Made by a program: the position numbers and the translations under genes
Notes under the pieces: generated by a model
What the model saw: only the letters and a program-made list of their open reading frames with translations
The model's database searches: none
What the model was told of the DNA's origin: nothing
Shown here: piece after piece, positions 18,098 to 30,120 of the stretch
Layout of the letters: each line of letters opens with the position of its first letter
Numbering within the stretch: the first letter of the stretch is position 1
Assembly (NCBI GenBank): GCA_964609095.1
Contig: CAZSQN010000002.1
Location: forward strand, 12,633 to 76,632
Source: an uncultured Gammaproteobacteria bacterium
Lineage (GTDB): Bacteria; Patescibacteriota; Patescibacteriia; CAZSQN01
Length of the DNA stretch: 64,000 nucleotides
Reading direction: 5' to 3'

Positions 18098-19435
18098 TTA
18101 AGGGATAAGCTTTCTTCTATGCGTTCGACGGTAGAAGGCAATCGCAAATCTGTGCGCTTCGTCGCGCACAGCCACTAAAATATCTTTAAATTGATTGGCA
18201 ACTCTGGCCATTTCCGGATTATCTTTAGGCAAAATAAGCTCATCCTTTTTCCTGTCTACGCCTTTGGCAATGCCAACAATAGGAATGCCCAGATGATATG
18301 CTTCCAATACTTTCTTAGCCGCGTTAACTTGCGGAACTCCCCCGTCAATTAAAATTATTTCCGGCAATTCCCAGCCGGCACCGCGATGGGCAAAACGCCG
18401 CGTTAGCACCTCGCGAAGCATGGCCGTATCATTAGCGCTTTTTACGGTTTTAATTCTGAATTTGCGGTATTGGGATTTATCCGGCTCCCCGCCCGAAAAT
18501 ACTACCATGCTTCCGACTGCAGAAGTTCCGGAAATATTGGAAATATCATAACCCTCAATGCGGCCGTAGATATTAATGATATTCGCTTCTCCGCCTGCGG
18601 CGGACCAACCGTAGGTTGGCGCATCTCTCGTCAGCGCGGAAATATCCCGTATATTCTCCAGGGCGTAAAGGCGATTTCTTATTTTTGCCGCGTCCTCAAA
18701 TCTTTCTTCTTTAACGGCTTTTGCCATTTCTTTTTTAAACCCGCGAATCACTTGTCCTTTTTTGCCTTCAAAAAATAAAATCAGCCCGCGGATATTTTTT
18801 TTATATTCTTTTGGGGAAATCGCGCCGACGCAGACCCCTGGGCATTTTTTAAGGTGATAATCAAAACATGGTTTAGAATTTAGAATTTGGAATTTGGAAT
18901 TTGGAATTTTTGGCGGTTCGCAATCGCTCCATGGGAAACTCTTGCGCAAGATATTCAAGGCGGCGCGGAGCGCGTTGGGGCTCAAAAACGGCCCGAAAAC
19001 ACGCTTGAATTTGGAATTTGGAATTTGGAATTTGTTTCGGATTTCGGATTTCGTGCTTCGGATTTGATGTAACTCGTGTCCTCTCATCAACAATAATTTC
19101 GGATATTTATCTTTTGTGATAACTAAGTAAATAAAGCTCCTGTCATCTTTTTGCAGCACATTATATTTGGGCCACAATTCTTTGATTTTTTCCGCTTCCA
19201 AAATTAAGGCCTCCACCACGGTTTTAACGCGGATATAATCAATTGACTTTATTTCTTTTATAAGCTCGTAAACTTTACCGTTTTGCGGACGAGAAAAGTA
19301 GCTGCCGACGCGCGTTCGGAGCATTGATGCCTTGCCAACGTAAATAACTTTGCCCGAACTGTCTTTCATCAGATAAACGCCCGGGCTTGCCGGCAAAATT
19401 GAATTTTTTATTTTGATGCTTTTGGGAATTGACAT
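18098..19435 (-). CDS. uvrC: excinuclease ABC subunit C, short form lacking the C-terminal (HhH)2 domain
   Basis: GIY-YIG GVYLMKDSSGKVIYVGKA; endonuclease-domain block LIDGGVPQVN...VRDEAHRFAIAF; protein ends about 20 aa after this; contains in-frame (GAATTTG)n and (TTCGGAT)n heptamer repeats encoding IPNSKFQILNSK. Confidence 0.85.
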   Translation of the reverse strand: MSIPKSIKIKNSILPASPGVYLMKDSSGKVIYVGKASMLRTRVGSYFSRPQNGKVYELIKEIKSIDYIRVKTVVEALILEAEKIKELWPKYNVLQKDDRSFIYLVITKDKYPKLLLMRGHELHQIRSTKSEIRNKFQIPNSKFKRVFGPFLSPNALRAALNILRKSFPWSDCEPPKIPNSKFQILNSKPCFDYHLKKCPGVCVGAISPKEYKKNIRGLILFFEGKKGQVIRGFKKEMAKAVKEERFEDAAKIRNRLYALENIRDISALTRDAPTYGWSAAGGEANIINIYGRIEGYDISNISGTSAVGSMVVFSGGEPDKSQYRKFRIKTVKSANDTAMLREVLTRRFAHRGAGWELPEIILIDGGVPQVNAAKKVLEAYHLGIPIVGIAKGVDRKKDELILPKDNPEMARVANQFKDILVAVRDEAHRFAIAFYRRTHRRKLIP

Positions 19436-19492
19436 TTTAACGGTTTTGAGTTAAAACATAATCGGCACTTTTAAAACAGAAAGGAGCGCAAA

Positions 19493-19723
19493 ATGGTTCT
19501 AAAAGGTTATGTTCTCAAAGATGACGCCGGGGTTCTCGGCATTGTTCCCGCGGCTCATGCCGATAGCGGAGGCGAGCCGCAGGCATGGGATTATATCAGA
19601 AAGAATCGCATCCTTCAAACCGTGTATGCCGAGCCGGATGAAGACCTGGTTGATTTTATCATACGTATTAATCGCCTTGCAGACCGATGGCGGATGCGAT
19701 TTGAGCACCAAAACACAAATTAA
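19493..19723 (+). CDS. hypothetical small protein
   Basis: 76 aa with a good AAAGGAG SD 8 bp upstream; overlapped by an antisense ORF, so uncertain. Confidence 0.35.
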   Translation: MVLKGYVLKDDAGVLGIVPAAHADSGGEPQAWDYIRKNRILQTVYAEPDEDLVDFIIRINRLADRWRMRFEHQNTN

Positions 19724-19743
19724 AGAATGGGGTTAAAAGAATC

Positions 19744-20304
19744 ATGAAAAACGATAACCTCGTCATGTCGTCTTTGAAAGAACTGATGGAGATTGAGGAA
19801 GCGCGACAAATCCGCGAACTGGAGCTGGAGGAAGCCGCCCGCGCCCAAATGGCGGCCAAACTCGCGGAAGAGAAAGAGCGCGCGGACGCGCTAAAAGCGC
19901 GGCGGCAAGAAGAGCTCCTGGCGCAAAACGCGGAACGTTCCGTTCGCGAACGCGAGGAAACGGCTTTGTGGCTCTCGCAATTGGAAAGGCGGCGGCGGCT
20001 TGCCATTCTCGCTTCCGGAGTCCCGACAGAACTCCGCCAGATCTTCCAAGACCTTCCCGAAATCCTTGAGACAATCGCGAGAAATCTCTCGCAAATGGCG
20101 GAACTCCATCAAAAGACAACCGCAACTCAAGGAGAAATTTTTCTCTCGTTCCTGGAAACGCTTCCGGAGAAAACAAGACAAGAAGCGCTAAGGAACTGGG
20201 CAACATTGGCGGATGGAAAGCTCTTTAAGTATTTTCCCAACGAAATGCGGCTCCTCTCTGATTGCCTTTGGAAATTCGTCAGATTGCTGCGGCCCGAGCC
20301 ATAA
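19744..20304 (+). CDS. hypothetical alpha-helical/coiled-coil protein
   Basis: 186 aa, charged helical repeats (EELLAQNAERSVREREE); GC-rich region with competing antisense ORFs. Confidence 0.4.
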   Translation: MKNDNLVMSSLKELMEIEEARQIRELELEEAARAQMAAKLAEEKERADALKARRQEELLAQNAERSVREREETALWLSQLERRRRLAILASGVPTELRQIFQDLPEILETIARNLSQMAELHQKTTATQGEIFLSFLETLPEKTRQEALRNWATLADGKLFKYFPNEMRLLSDCLWKFVRLLRPEP

Positions 20305-20390
20305 TTGGCAACGGCCGCTTTTTTTATTCCGTTAGAAGTAAGAAATCTTGATTTCTGCCGAAAATAACTTTTCGGACTTCTAACAGGATT

Positions 20391-23039
20391 TTATTTCAAA
20401 ACTTTTTTTAAATATCCTCCCGTATAAGAGTTCGCGTTCCGCGCCACTTCTTCCGGAGTTCCAACGGCCACCACTTCTCCGCCGCGAAGCCCGCCCTCCG
20501 GCCCAAGGTCAATAATGTAATCGCTGCATTTTATAACATCCAGATTGTGTTCAATCACCAGCACGGTGTTTCCGGCTTTAACCAATCTTTCCAAAACTTC
20601 AATTAATTTTTTCACATCGTCGTAATGCAATCCGACGGTCGGCTCGTCCAAAAGATACAACGTTCTGCCCGTGCTTCTCCTCGCGAGCTCGGCGCCAAGC
20701 TTAATCCTTTGCGCCTCTCCGCCGGAGAGAGTGGTCGCGCTCTGCCCCAGCTCCAGATAATCCAGTCCCACCTCGCGCAAAATCTTCAGCCGCTGATAAA
20801 TAAAAGGGATATCGCGGAAAAATTCCGCCGCTTCTTCAACGGTCATTTTCAGCGCGTCATAAATTGTTTTGCCTTTATACGCAATTTCCAATGTTTCGTT
20901 GGCAAATCGTTTCCCTTTGCAAATATCGCATTTCACGTAAACCGTCGGCAAAAAATGCATTTCTATGGCAATAGTCCCGTTTCCTTCGCAGTGCTCGCAG
21001 CGCCCGCCGGCCACATTGAAAGAAAATCTCCCCACCTTCCATCCGCGCATACGCGCCTCAGGAGTGGCGGCAAACAATTCCCGGATATAAGTCCAGGCGC
21101 CGGTATAGGTTGCCGGATTGCTCCGCGGGGTGCGGCCGATGGGCGATTGGTCAATGACTATCACTTTATCAAGAAAGTCCAGCCCGGAAATTGATTTATG
21201 CTTGCCCGCGCGATAACTGGTTCCGTTTATTTTATTGGAGGCGGCGTTAAAAAGCACATCGTTCATCAAGCTGGATTTGCCCGAACCGGAGACACCGGTA
21301 ATAGAGATAAGCCGCCGCAAAGGAATCTCCACGTCAATTTTCTTTAAATTGTTTTCCTCCGCGCCTGTTATCTTAATGCGCTCGCGGGAATGCTTGCGGC
21401 GGCTCTCCGGAACCGGAATTTTTTTCTTGCCCAAAAGATATTGAAGCGTGATCGAGTTAGCCACGTCCTTTTTGGAATCCAACAATTTGGGCATATCGCC
21501 TATCGCCACGATTGATCCGCCGTGCGCGCCGGCGCCGGGACCGATATCCACCAGATAATCCGCCGCCGAAATAGTATCTTCATCATGCTCCACGACGATG
21601 ATTGTGTTCCCTAACCCTCTTAAATGCTCCAATGTTTCAATGAGCCGGGCATTATCTCGCTGGTGCAGACCGATGGTGGGTTCGTCCAGCACGTAGAGAG
21701 CGCCGGTAAGCCGCGAACCAACTTGCGAGGCCAAACGAATTCTCTGCGCTTCGCCGCCGGAGAGCGTGCCGGCGGCGCGATCCAAAGTAAGATAATCCAA
21801 TCCCACATCCAACATGAATTTAAGACGATTTTTTATTTCTCGAATTGCCGGTTCGGCGATTTCAAATTCCGTAGCGGCGAGCTTTTGCTCCAATCCGGAA
21901 ATAAAACCGTGCGCTTCATCAATTGTAAGCGAAACAAGGTCAACGATATTTTTCTCCATAATTTTGACCGACAGCGATTCATCGCGCAAACGAAGTCCGC
22001 GGCACTTGGGGCACGGTTCATCGATAAAAAATGATTCTTTGCCCAAGCCGTGGCAGAGTTCACAAGCGCCATAAGGGCTGTTAAAGGAGAAAAGGCGCGG
22101 CTCAATTTCCGGAAAAGCAAATCCGTCATCGGGACAAGAAAATTTCGCTGACATAATCTGTTCCTCGCCATTTTCATAAACAACTGTTACCGCGCCATTG
22201 CCATGCTTTAAGCCGTTTTCTATTGCTTCAACCAAATGAGTTCTAAACGGCTTATTCCCCTCTATCGGCCAGCCAATCGGAACTTTATCAACCTCAAGCT
22301 CAATGGTATGCGCCTTATAGCGCGAGAGCGTGATGCGCTCGGATAAATTTTTTAATTTGCCGTCAACGCGCACCTGGCTGTAGCCGGAATTATAAAAATC
22401 ATAAAGCATCTGATAATACTCCCCTTTTCTGCCGCGCACGACAGGGGCGAGAACAACAATCGAGTTGAGAGTTGAAAGTTGAGAGTTGAGAGATTTTTTA
22501 GATTTTGTCCGCCGGCTGGCGGATTGAATTTGTTTCGGATTTCGGACCTGCCCCGTACCGAACTTGTTCTGGTGCGGGGTTTCGGATTTCGGATTTTCAT
22601 GAAGAGAAGTTATTCTCTTCACGATCGTCTCCGCCATCTCATCTACTGTCATTTTTCTAATCGGCTTGCCGCAGCGGACGCAATGAGGCCGCCCGACGCG
22701 GGCGAAAAGCACGCGCAAATAATCGTAAATCTCCGTGATTGTGGCCACGGTTGAACGCGGATTGGACGAATGCGCCTTTTGGTCTATGGAAATCGCCGGC
22801 GATAATCCTTCTATCTCGTCAACATCCGGCTTATCCATTCCGCCCAAAAATTGGCGGGCATAGGCGGAGAGCGACTCCACATATCTTCTCTGCCCTTCGG
22901 CAAAAATGGTGTCAAACGCCAAGCTGGACTTGCCGCTTCCGGATAGCCCCGTGAAAACTATAAGTTTATTTCTTGGCAGCTCAAGCGATATGTTCTTTAA
23001 ATTGTGTTCGCGGGCTCCTTTGATGATTATTTTGTCCAT
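20391..23039 (-). CDS. uvrA: excinuclease ABC subunit A
   Basis: start at [17 protein letters not shown] (the upstream 19 aa of the ORF translate a heptamer repeat); two ABC ATPase modules, [14 protein letters not shown] and [12 protein letters not shown], with zinc fingers; in-frame (GAGTTGA)n/(TTCGGAT)n repeats at 22462-22600. Confidence 0.95.
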   Translation of the reverse strand: MDKIIIKGAREHNLKNISLELPRNKLIVFTGLSGSGKSSLAFDTIFAEGQRRYVESLSAYARQFLGGMDKPDVDEIEGLSPAISIDQKAHSSNPRSTVATITEIYDYLRVLFARVGRPHCVRCGKPIRKMTVDEMAETIVKRITSLHENPKSETPHQNKFGTGQVRNPKQIQSASRRTKSKKSLNSQLSTLNSIVVLAPVVRGRKGEYYQMLYDFYNSGYSQVRVDGKLKNLSERITLSRYKAHTIELEVDKVPIGWPIEGNKPFRTHLVEAIENGLKHGNGAVTVVYENGEEQIMSAKFSCPDDGFAFPEIEPRLFSFNSPYGACELCHGLGKESFFIDEPCPKCRGLRLRDESLSVKIMEKNIVDLVSLTIDEAHGFISGLEQKLAATEFEIAEPAIREIKNRLKFMLDVGLDYLTLDRAAGTLSGGEAQRIRLASQVGSRLTGALYVLDEPTIGLHQRDNARLIETLEHLRGLGNTIIVVEHDEDTISAADYLVDIGPGAGAHGGSIVAIGDMPKLLDSKKDVANSITLQYLLGKKKIPVPESRRKHSRERIKITGAEENNLKKIDVEIPLRRLISITGVSGSGKSSLMNDVLFNAASNKINGTSYRAGKHKSISGLDFLDKVIVIDQSPIGRTPRSNPATYTGAWTYIRELFAATPEARMRGWKVGRFSFNVAGGRCEHCEGNGTIAIEMHFLPTVYVKCDICKGKRFANETLEIAYKGKTIYDALKMTVEEAAEFFRDIPFIYQRLKILREVGLDYLELGQSATTLSGGEAQRIKLGAELARRSTGRTLYLLDEPTVGLHYDDVKKLIEVLERLVKAGNTVLVIEHNLDVIKCSDYIIDLGPEGGLRGGEVVAVGTPEEVARNANSYTGGYLKKVLK

Positions 23040-23184
23040 AAAAATTTTAAACTCAAAATCCGAAGCCCGAAATCCGAAACAAATCCCAATGACCAAAATT
23101 CAAAGGTTCAAAACGTTTTGAAAATTTGAGAATTATGATTTTAAGCATTGTTTCGAGTTTCGAATTTAGATATTCGGATTTATA

Positions 23185-25182
<1,998 letters not shown>

Positions 25183-25270
25183 AAAAAATACGAATTTACG
25201 AATATGATACGAATCCGCGAATATGCGAATTCGCGCGATTCGCACCAATCTGTAGAGATTCGTATTGCTT
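25183..25270 (-). promoter_or_regulatory. tandem ATTCG(C/T)(A/G)T octamer repeats immediately upstream of the uvrB start
   Basis: minus-strand sense: GCGAATCGCGCGAATTCGCATATTCGCGGATTCGTATCATATTCGTAAATTCGTATTTTTT-ATG; same motif family as upstream of dnaB, msrB and the GxxExxY gene. Confidence 0.4.
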
Positions 25271-25396
25271 TTGCGCAAAAACCAAAAATCGCCCACAAGC
25301 AGCGCCTATAGGCAGAGCTGGGGCAAGTATTGAGTTGTAGCCACCACAATACCACAAATAAAAAACCCTGCCAAGAAGGCAAGGTCGAATCGCTTA

Positions 25397-25945
25397 CTAT
25401 TCTTCCTGTTGCACAGGAACGGCAAGGAATCTGTATTCCAAAGGAAATTCTTCCGTAAGGTCCCAAAGCTCAATAGCTCTTTCACCGCCGTGTCTGCTTA
25501 AAACCATGACATACGGATAGTTTCTCAGGTCCCGCCAATAAGTGCCCATGGCCACAATAGAAAGTTCCCTTAGGAGATACGGAGAGTGGTTGACAAAATT
25601 GAGAGTTTCCAGAGCAGTTGCCGGACGCAAACCAAGAAATCGCATCTCGTATTCCACTCGTTCTGCAGTAATCAAATTATCGCTTTCGTCACCAAAATGC
25701 ATAAGAATTACCTGATGTAGATCTTGCCTGCCTGTGGAAGGAGCTTGCACCACATCTTGGGAAGCGGTCATACGGATTCTATTATCAACCCTGCCATACA
25801 CAAGATTCTGAATCCGTTGGGAATAATTAACTTCCACATAAGCAAAAGTAGTGTAGTCTGCAGTGGTCCGAAGAGCGGTTCCGCCGCAAGAAACAATAGA
25901 AAAAGAAAACAGCAGCATCGCAAAAAAGAGTCTGAATTTGCTCAT
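25397..25945 (-). CDS. lipoprotein of unknown function, paralog family C
   Basis: signal peptide with lipobox-like SIVSCG; shares the AMGTYWRDLRNYPYVMV...RFLAV block with 27148..27666. Confidence 0.55.
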   Translation of the reverse strand: MSKFRLFFAMLLFSFSIVSCGGTALRTTADYTTFAYVEVNYSQRIQNLVYGRVDNRIRMTASQDVVQAPSTGRQDLHQVILMHFGDESDNLITAERVEYEMRFLGLRPATALETLNFVNHSPYLLRELSIVAMGTYWRDLRNYPYVMVLSRHGGERAIELWDLTEEFPLEYRFLAVPVQQEE

Positions 25946-26035
25946 TTTGCTTCTCCTTTGTTTAAAGGCCTGCAAAATTTATATCAAAACTTAATAAAAT
26001 AGTCAATTAAAAAAGGTATACTAAAAAGTTGATTT

Positions 26036-26127
26036 CCTATATAACGCACTATAGTGCGTTATATAAGCAGGTCGGTTTTTTAGTTATATTTTTAAGAAAT
26101 AAAAACCCCGAGTTTATTCGGGGTTGC
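26036..26127. repeat. duplicated intergenic module: perfect 28-bp palindrome TATATAACGCACTATAGTGCGTTATATA (26038-26065) plus terminator hairpin CCCCGAG-ttta-TTCGGGG
   Basis: about 92 bp nearly identical to 27048-27145; the palindrome sits about 65 bp upstream of the 25397..25945 start and the hairpin just 3' of 26143..26886. Confidence 0.6.
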
Positions 26128-26142
26128 GTTCCAAAGAACTAA

Positions 26143-26886
26143 CTAACGATGTCTTGCGGAAAGAGCGTATGAACCGAAATTTCTGTACTCATGATGCTGA
26201 TAACCGCAAAAAACAACATAAGTACCCGAGGATGAAAATGTATATTCTAACGAGATATAGGAACTATCCACAAACGAAGTATAAGCTAACCTTTGGTGAT
26301 TTTCTCTAAAGAGAGAAATATGCGGATAGAGGATCGAGCCCACGGTTGCCTGCATGCGAAAAACAACTCGTTCGCCTGCTTGCGCGTGAAACAAATACGA
26401 TTCCCCGTCTCCTCCGACAAGTCGTCCATAAATCACTTGATTCAAGGGAAGGACGGGCACGACCGGCGCTTTAGTCAAATCACGGCCTTCGGCCGACACA
26501 ACGGGTCGTGCTTGCGTCTCGACCAAACGCGAGGCCTCAAACTCTTCCCGCGCCTCACGGACGCCTTCGCGGTAGGCGGACATGACAATCTTTTCCTTGA
26601 GATAGACGGCTGATTGCCGGTCATGGGCAAGTCGAGGATTTCGGCTGATTTGCGCCACAACTTCGCGCGCAAAATCTTGCGAGTTTGGACCGCTGAAAAA
26701 CAACGGAGCGAAAAATGCGGCGCTTACCGAACCTACGACCAGAGAAATAAAAATTGTAAAGCCGAAACCATACTTCAGTGTTCCTCTGGCTTCTGCGTAC
26801 TTGGCAGCCAGATCAGCGCTATCCTTCTTCAGCTTTTCGTTTTCATCCACCAATTCCTGAATTCGCCCGTCTTCTCTGAAGACCAT
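26143..26886 (-). CDS. membrane-anchored coiled-coil/PPC-like domain protein, paralog B3
   Basis: start at MVFREDGRIQELVDENEKLKK with AAAGGAGGAAGTT SD; TM helix; C-terminal GERVVFRM...GTYVVFCG...GSYALSA. Confidence 0.55.
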   Translation of the reverse strand: MVFREDGRIQELVDENEKLKKDSADLAAKYAEARGTLKYGFGFTIFISLVVGSVSAAFFAPLFFSGPNSQDFAREVVAQISRNPRLAHDRQSAVYLKEKIVMSAYREGVREAREEFEASRLVETQARPVVSAEGRDLTKAPVVPVLPLNQVIYGRLVGGDGESYLFHAQAGERVVFRMQATVGSILYPHISLFRENHQRLAYTSFVDSSYISLEYTFSSSGTYVVFCGYQHHEYRNFGSYALSARHR

Positions 26887-27047
26887 AACTTCCTCCTTTG
26901 GTTGTTGAGTATTGGAAAAGAGCATCAAGACCGTATCATAAATTATGTATTTTTGTCAATACTATTCGCTCATACTATTCGCTCATTCGCGCGAATTAGA
27001 GCAAGTGCGGACTTTTATTCGTAGCACAATTAACCAAAAAGTTCATT

Positions 27048-27145
27048 GCTTATATAACGCACTATAGTGCGTTATATAAGCAGGTCGGTTTTTTAGTTAC
27101 TTTATATTTTTAAGAAATAAAAACCCCGATTTTATTCGGGGTCTT
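27048..27145. repeat. second copy of the palindrome (27051-27078) plus terminator module
   Basis: near-identical to 26036-26127; placed between 27148..27666 (3' end) and the promoter region of 26143..26886; an ATTCGCGCGAAT palindrome lies just before it at 26985-26996. Confidence 0.6.
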
Positions 27146-27147
27146 TT

Positions 27148-27666
27148 CTAATTTGCTTGATTGTCGGAAACTTTAATGGAAAGGAACCGCGCGTCAGACG
27201 GCAGCTTGTCCCAGGCAAACCACAGCCCAAGCCCCAAGCCGCCGGATGAACGGTAAACATAAGGCACGTAAGGATAGAATGTTCTGTTTTTCCAAACGGT
27301 TCCCACGGCGAATATCGGACTTTGAAAATTGCCGCGAAGATTTTCTCTGGAGTAAGCCAGAAGCTCATCCATATTCGCCGGACGGAATCCTCTCCGCCGC
27401 GTAAAATCAATGACGCTGTCTCTGTCCGCGGCGTCGGGAAATCGCAAAAGCGAGTATTCGGCAATCTGCGGCAAATCACTCCGCTGCCATCCTAAAATAT
27501 CGTAATCTTCCAGACCGTTGGGCAAATCGGAAAACAGCCCGTTTTGCATTTCTTCTCTTGCTTCGCGGGAATAGTCTACGGCAAGATGCTGTTGCGGCGC
27601 GATCTTTTCTTCGCTCCGGCCGCAAGATGCGCTCAAGACAAAAACCAACACCAGCTTTTTCATCAT
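27148..27666 (-). CDS. secreted/lipoprotein paralog of 25397..25945 (family C)
   Basis: signal peptide MMKKLVLVFVLSASCG; conserved AVGTVWKNRTFYPYVPYV...RFLSI block. Confidence 0.55.
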   Translation of the reverse strand: MMKKLVLVFVLSASCGRSEEKIAPQQHLAVDYSREAREEMQNGLFSDLPNGLEDYDILGWQRSDLPQIAEYSLLRFPDAADRDSVIDFTRRRGFRPANMDELLAYSRENLRGNFQSPIFAVGTVWKNRTFYPYVPYVYRSSGGLGLGLWFAWDKLPSDARFLSIKVSDNQAN

Positions 27667-28167
27667 TTAACTTCCCTTCTTCCATTTTTCATCAACAGAT
27701 CGACCGAGAAGTTCCTCAACAAAAGGCCAGTTCACGCCTCCCTGCCGAGGGGCATAAGGTTGGTACTGAACGGAAGTTTCGTCTGCCCGCAAATCAGTTA
27801 ACGCATTGCCGCGATAAAGAGGCGTTTCTCTTTCAAACTCTTGCCGAAGCGCGATGATTTCCGAAGTCAGTTTTTCCCGCTCAGCAAGCAGCTTTTCCAG
27901 CCGAACGCGGCGAGGATCAATTACTTCCGAGGGTTCTGCCTGTTTGCCTGAAACCTCAAAACCCTTAGTCATCACTTTATGCAGCGACGCACCAAACTCC
28001 AAAACATAAGCCCCGAGAAGCACAATCGCAAATGCGGGCCAAAAAAGACCAATTAAGAAATTTAACCCAATATTGTCTTTTGCACCTTCGGCAATATTAA
28101 GGCCCGCAGAATATAACATGCAAACGAGAGCTATTAATGCATACGAGCATAGAAACACCGTCAGCAT
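27667..28167 (-). CDS. membrane protein with C-terminal coiled coil, unknown function
   Basis: 166 aa; two N-terminal TM helices then RLEKLLAEREKLTSEIIALRQEFE; preceded by the GTTCTTTCACAAAAGGAGG leader motif; stop overlaps the start of 27148..27666. Confidence 0.45.
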   Translation of the reverse strand: MLTVFLCSYALIALVCMLYSAGLNIAEGAKDNIGLNFLIGLFWPAFAIVLLGAYVLEFGASLHKVMTKGFEVSGKQAEPSEVIDPRRVRLEKLLAEREKLTSEIIALRQEFERETPLYRGNALTDLRADETSVQYQPYAPRQGGVNWPFVEELLGRSVDEKWKKGS

Positions 28168-28317
28168 CTAACTACCTCCTTTTGTGAAAGAACGCGCTTA
28201 TAGTATACCTAAAAACCAAAAAAGTCAACTGTATGTATTAGAAAAGATGTTCTAACGGGATTGACTTTGATTAATTTCCAAGTTAAAATTTTATTGCATT
28301 CCTTGAAAGGAGAAAAA

Positions 28318-29289
28318 ATGACGATTGACGTGAGCAGACAACCCAATCTAAAATATGCGTTCTTAGAACGTTGGGATGTAGACGGACACGAAGTGGCAAT
28401 GATGCTGATAGAGGGTCCAAACGACATCAAAAACAGGCACTTGCTTTGCGAGTGCGATTTTCCGGAGGACCCAAACAAGCCAATAGTTTTTGGCGGTCCC
28501 GGCGACCCGCACTCTTGTCCGGCTAAAAAGCATATTCGCGCGAAAGCGATGGTCCAAGCGTGCGATCGCTACAGACCCATTTGGAACAAAATGGTTACCA
28601 AAGATGCCGTCTTGGATATTTTTAACAGGATTAGAGGCGGCGAATATCTTGGCGAACACACGCCCGGGATTGTATATACGCAAGAAGTATCAATGCTTCT
28701 CTGTTTGGGACAAGAATCCGTAAGGAATGCTTGCGATGCGCTCTATGCCGAAGAAAAATTAGAGTTAAACGGCGCCATACTTTGCGAATTTGTTCCAAGA
28801 TTCAGGTTTCCGCTGGAGATGGAGCAGACCATCGCCTATGTGGTGGAAGAGCCGCTGGGCTGGCCAAATGGAGACGCGGGAATGTTCGCGCTTGCCGAAA
28901 TTGAAGGCGAAATAGAAGAACGAACCGGGTGCAAGAGCGGCAAAGCCGGCTTTGGCAAACACTTTCCGCGTATTGAAAGAAAAATCCTTCTGCCCGCTTT
29001 TGGCTGGCTTGCTTCAGAGCTTAATGCCGCGGCCAAAAGCAAACGAAAAAGAAGCCGGCTTCGCGCCTTATCCGCTGATGAAATCACTAAGGACTTCAAG
29101 TGGTTTCCGCTAAAGTATCCGGAAATTAAAGTTGAGTTCTACGCGGAATTTGTAAAAGCTCTTTTAAAAACAGTTTTTCAAAACATCCCGCTGGAGCGAT
29201 CAATGAACAAAAAATCGAGCGAGGCGAAGATACTGCGCTATTGGGCAGATTTCTTCTCTCGCCATACAAAGAGTTTCAAAAAGATGTAA
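28318..29289 (+). CDS. hypothetical protein
   Basis: 324 aa from the ATG with GAAAGGAGAAAAA SD; no recognisable motif; cysteine pairs CECDF and HSCP. Confidence 0.45.
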   Translation: MTIDVSRQPNLKYAFLERWDVDGHEVAMMLIEGPNDIKNRHLLCECDFPEDPNKPIVFGGPGDPHSCPAKKHIRAKAMVQACDRYRPIWNKMVTKDAVLDIFNRIRGGEYLGEHTPGIVYTQEVSMLLCLGQESVRNACDALYAEEKLELNGAILCEFVPRFRFPLEMEQTIAYVVEEPLGWPNGDAGMFALAEIEGEIEERTGCKSGKAGFGKHFPRIERKILLPAFGWLASELNAAAKSKRKRSRLRALSADEITKDFKWFPLKYPEIKVEFYAEFVKALLKTVFQNIPLERSMNKKSSEAKILRYWADFFSRHTKSFKKM

Positions 29290-29346
29290 CCCTGCTGCAA
29301 AGCAGGGTTTTTTGCTGACGCGTGTCAGCATCCCGCTATCTTTGCG

Positions 29347-29820
29347 CTATTTAAATGGATAGCGGGATATTATTTTCACAACCGCTTTCGGCGCCATGTT
29401 TTGCCACGGTTTCCCGGCGCGCATAGCGGCGCGGATTTTGGTCGCGGAAATCTTCCTACCCTTTTCTTTTATTTTTAAAAACTTCACGCCGGTATCTTTT
29501 AGACATCGCGCCACCCAAGGATTTCCCGTTATGACCATATCGGGATTTTTCGTCAGTTCAAGAAATTTCTTTGTCCAAAGTTTATCGCCTTTTGTGTCAG
29601 GCATAGCAACAATACGGACATTTTTTATCCGCGCGTCTTTTAGCGCGGCGCGAATCATCTTCTTGCGCAAATTTGCCGGAAACGGATTTTCTCCGCTTTT
29701 CCTGTTGGTGCTTCCGATTAAAATGATGAGCCGATACTTGCGGCTCATTTTTTTAACAACGGCAAGATGCCCTTTATGAAAGGGCTGAAAGCGACCGATG
29801 AAAACCGCTCTCATCTTCAT
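29347..29820 (-). CDS. cytidylyltransferase-fold nucleotidyltransferase, NMN adenylyltransferase (NadM)-like
   Basis: FIGRFQPFHKGHL (HxGH motif) and ISATKIR motif; 158 aa. Confidence 0.65.
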   Translation of the reverse strand: MKMRAVFIGRFQPFHKGHLAVVKKMSRKYRLIILIGSTNRKSGENPFPANLRKKMIRAALKDARIKNVRIVAMPDTKGDKLWTKKFLELTKNPDMVITGNPWVARCLKDTGVKFLKIKEKGRKISATKIRAAMRAGKPWQNMAPKAVVKIISRYPFK

Positions 29821-30047
29821 GTCTCTTGCCCCAACTCCGCCTCGTAATCTCCCCATCTTGCCTGCAAGGCCTCGCGCATGGCGATTAAATCATCATCATT
29901 ATCTATCTCCTGCAAGCGCGCGTGGTCATCCAGCACCTGCTCCACCAGTTCGTTCCACGCTTCTTGCGAAGTTGCCCCTTCATCGCGAGCTTTAGTTATT
30001 ACCTCCTCCAGAAGTCCGGCTTCGTCATAGCCAAAAAGTTCTACCAT
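29817..30047 (-). CDS. small acidic hypothetical protein, translationally coupled to the nucleotidyltransferase
   Basis: 76 aa, highly acidic; 4-bp ATGA overlap with the downstream gene. Confidence 0.4.
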   Translation of the reverse strand: MVELFGYDEAGLLEEVITKARDEGATSQEAWNELVEQVLDDHARLQEIDNDDDLIAMREALQARWGDYEAELGQET

Positions 30048-30120
30048 ATGTTTAAGATTAAAAAATTAGAAAATAGAAGTTAAAAACATTTTAACAAAAA
30101 ACCTTGCCGCAAGACAAGGT

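Noticed and set aside
19763-20206. Minus-strand ORFs 19763..20206 and 19891..20181, and 19499..19711
   Set aside because: They are antisense to plus-strand ORFs that have SD sequences. Both options are weak, and the plus strand was kept at low confidence.
23040-23096. N-terminal 19-aa extension of uvrA ([19 protein letters not shown])
   Set aside because: This is a translation of an (ATCCGAA)n heptamer repeat. The canonical UvrA N-terminus [14 protein letters not shown] begins at 23039.
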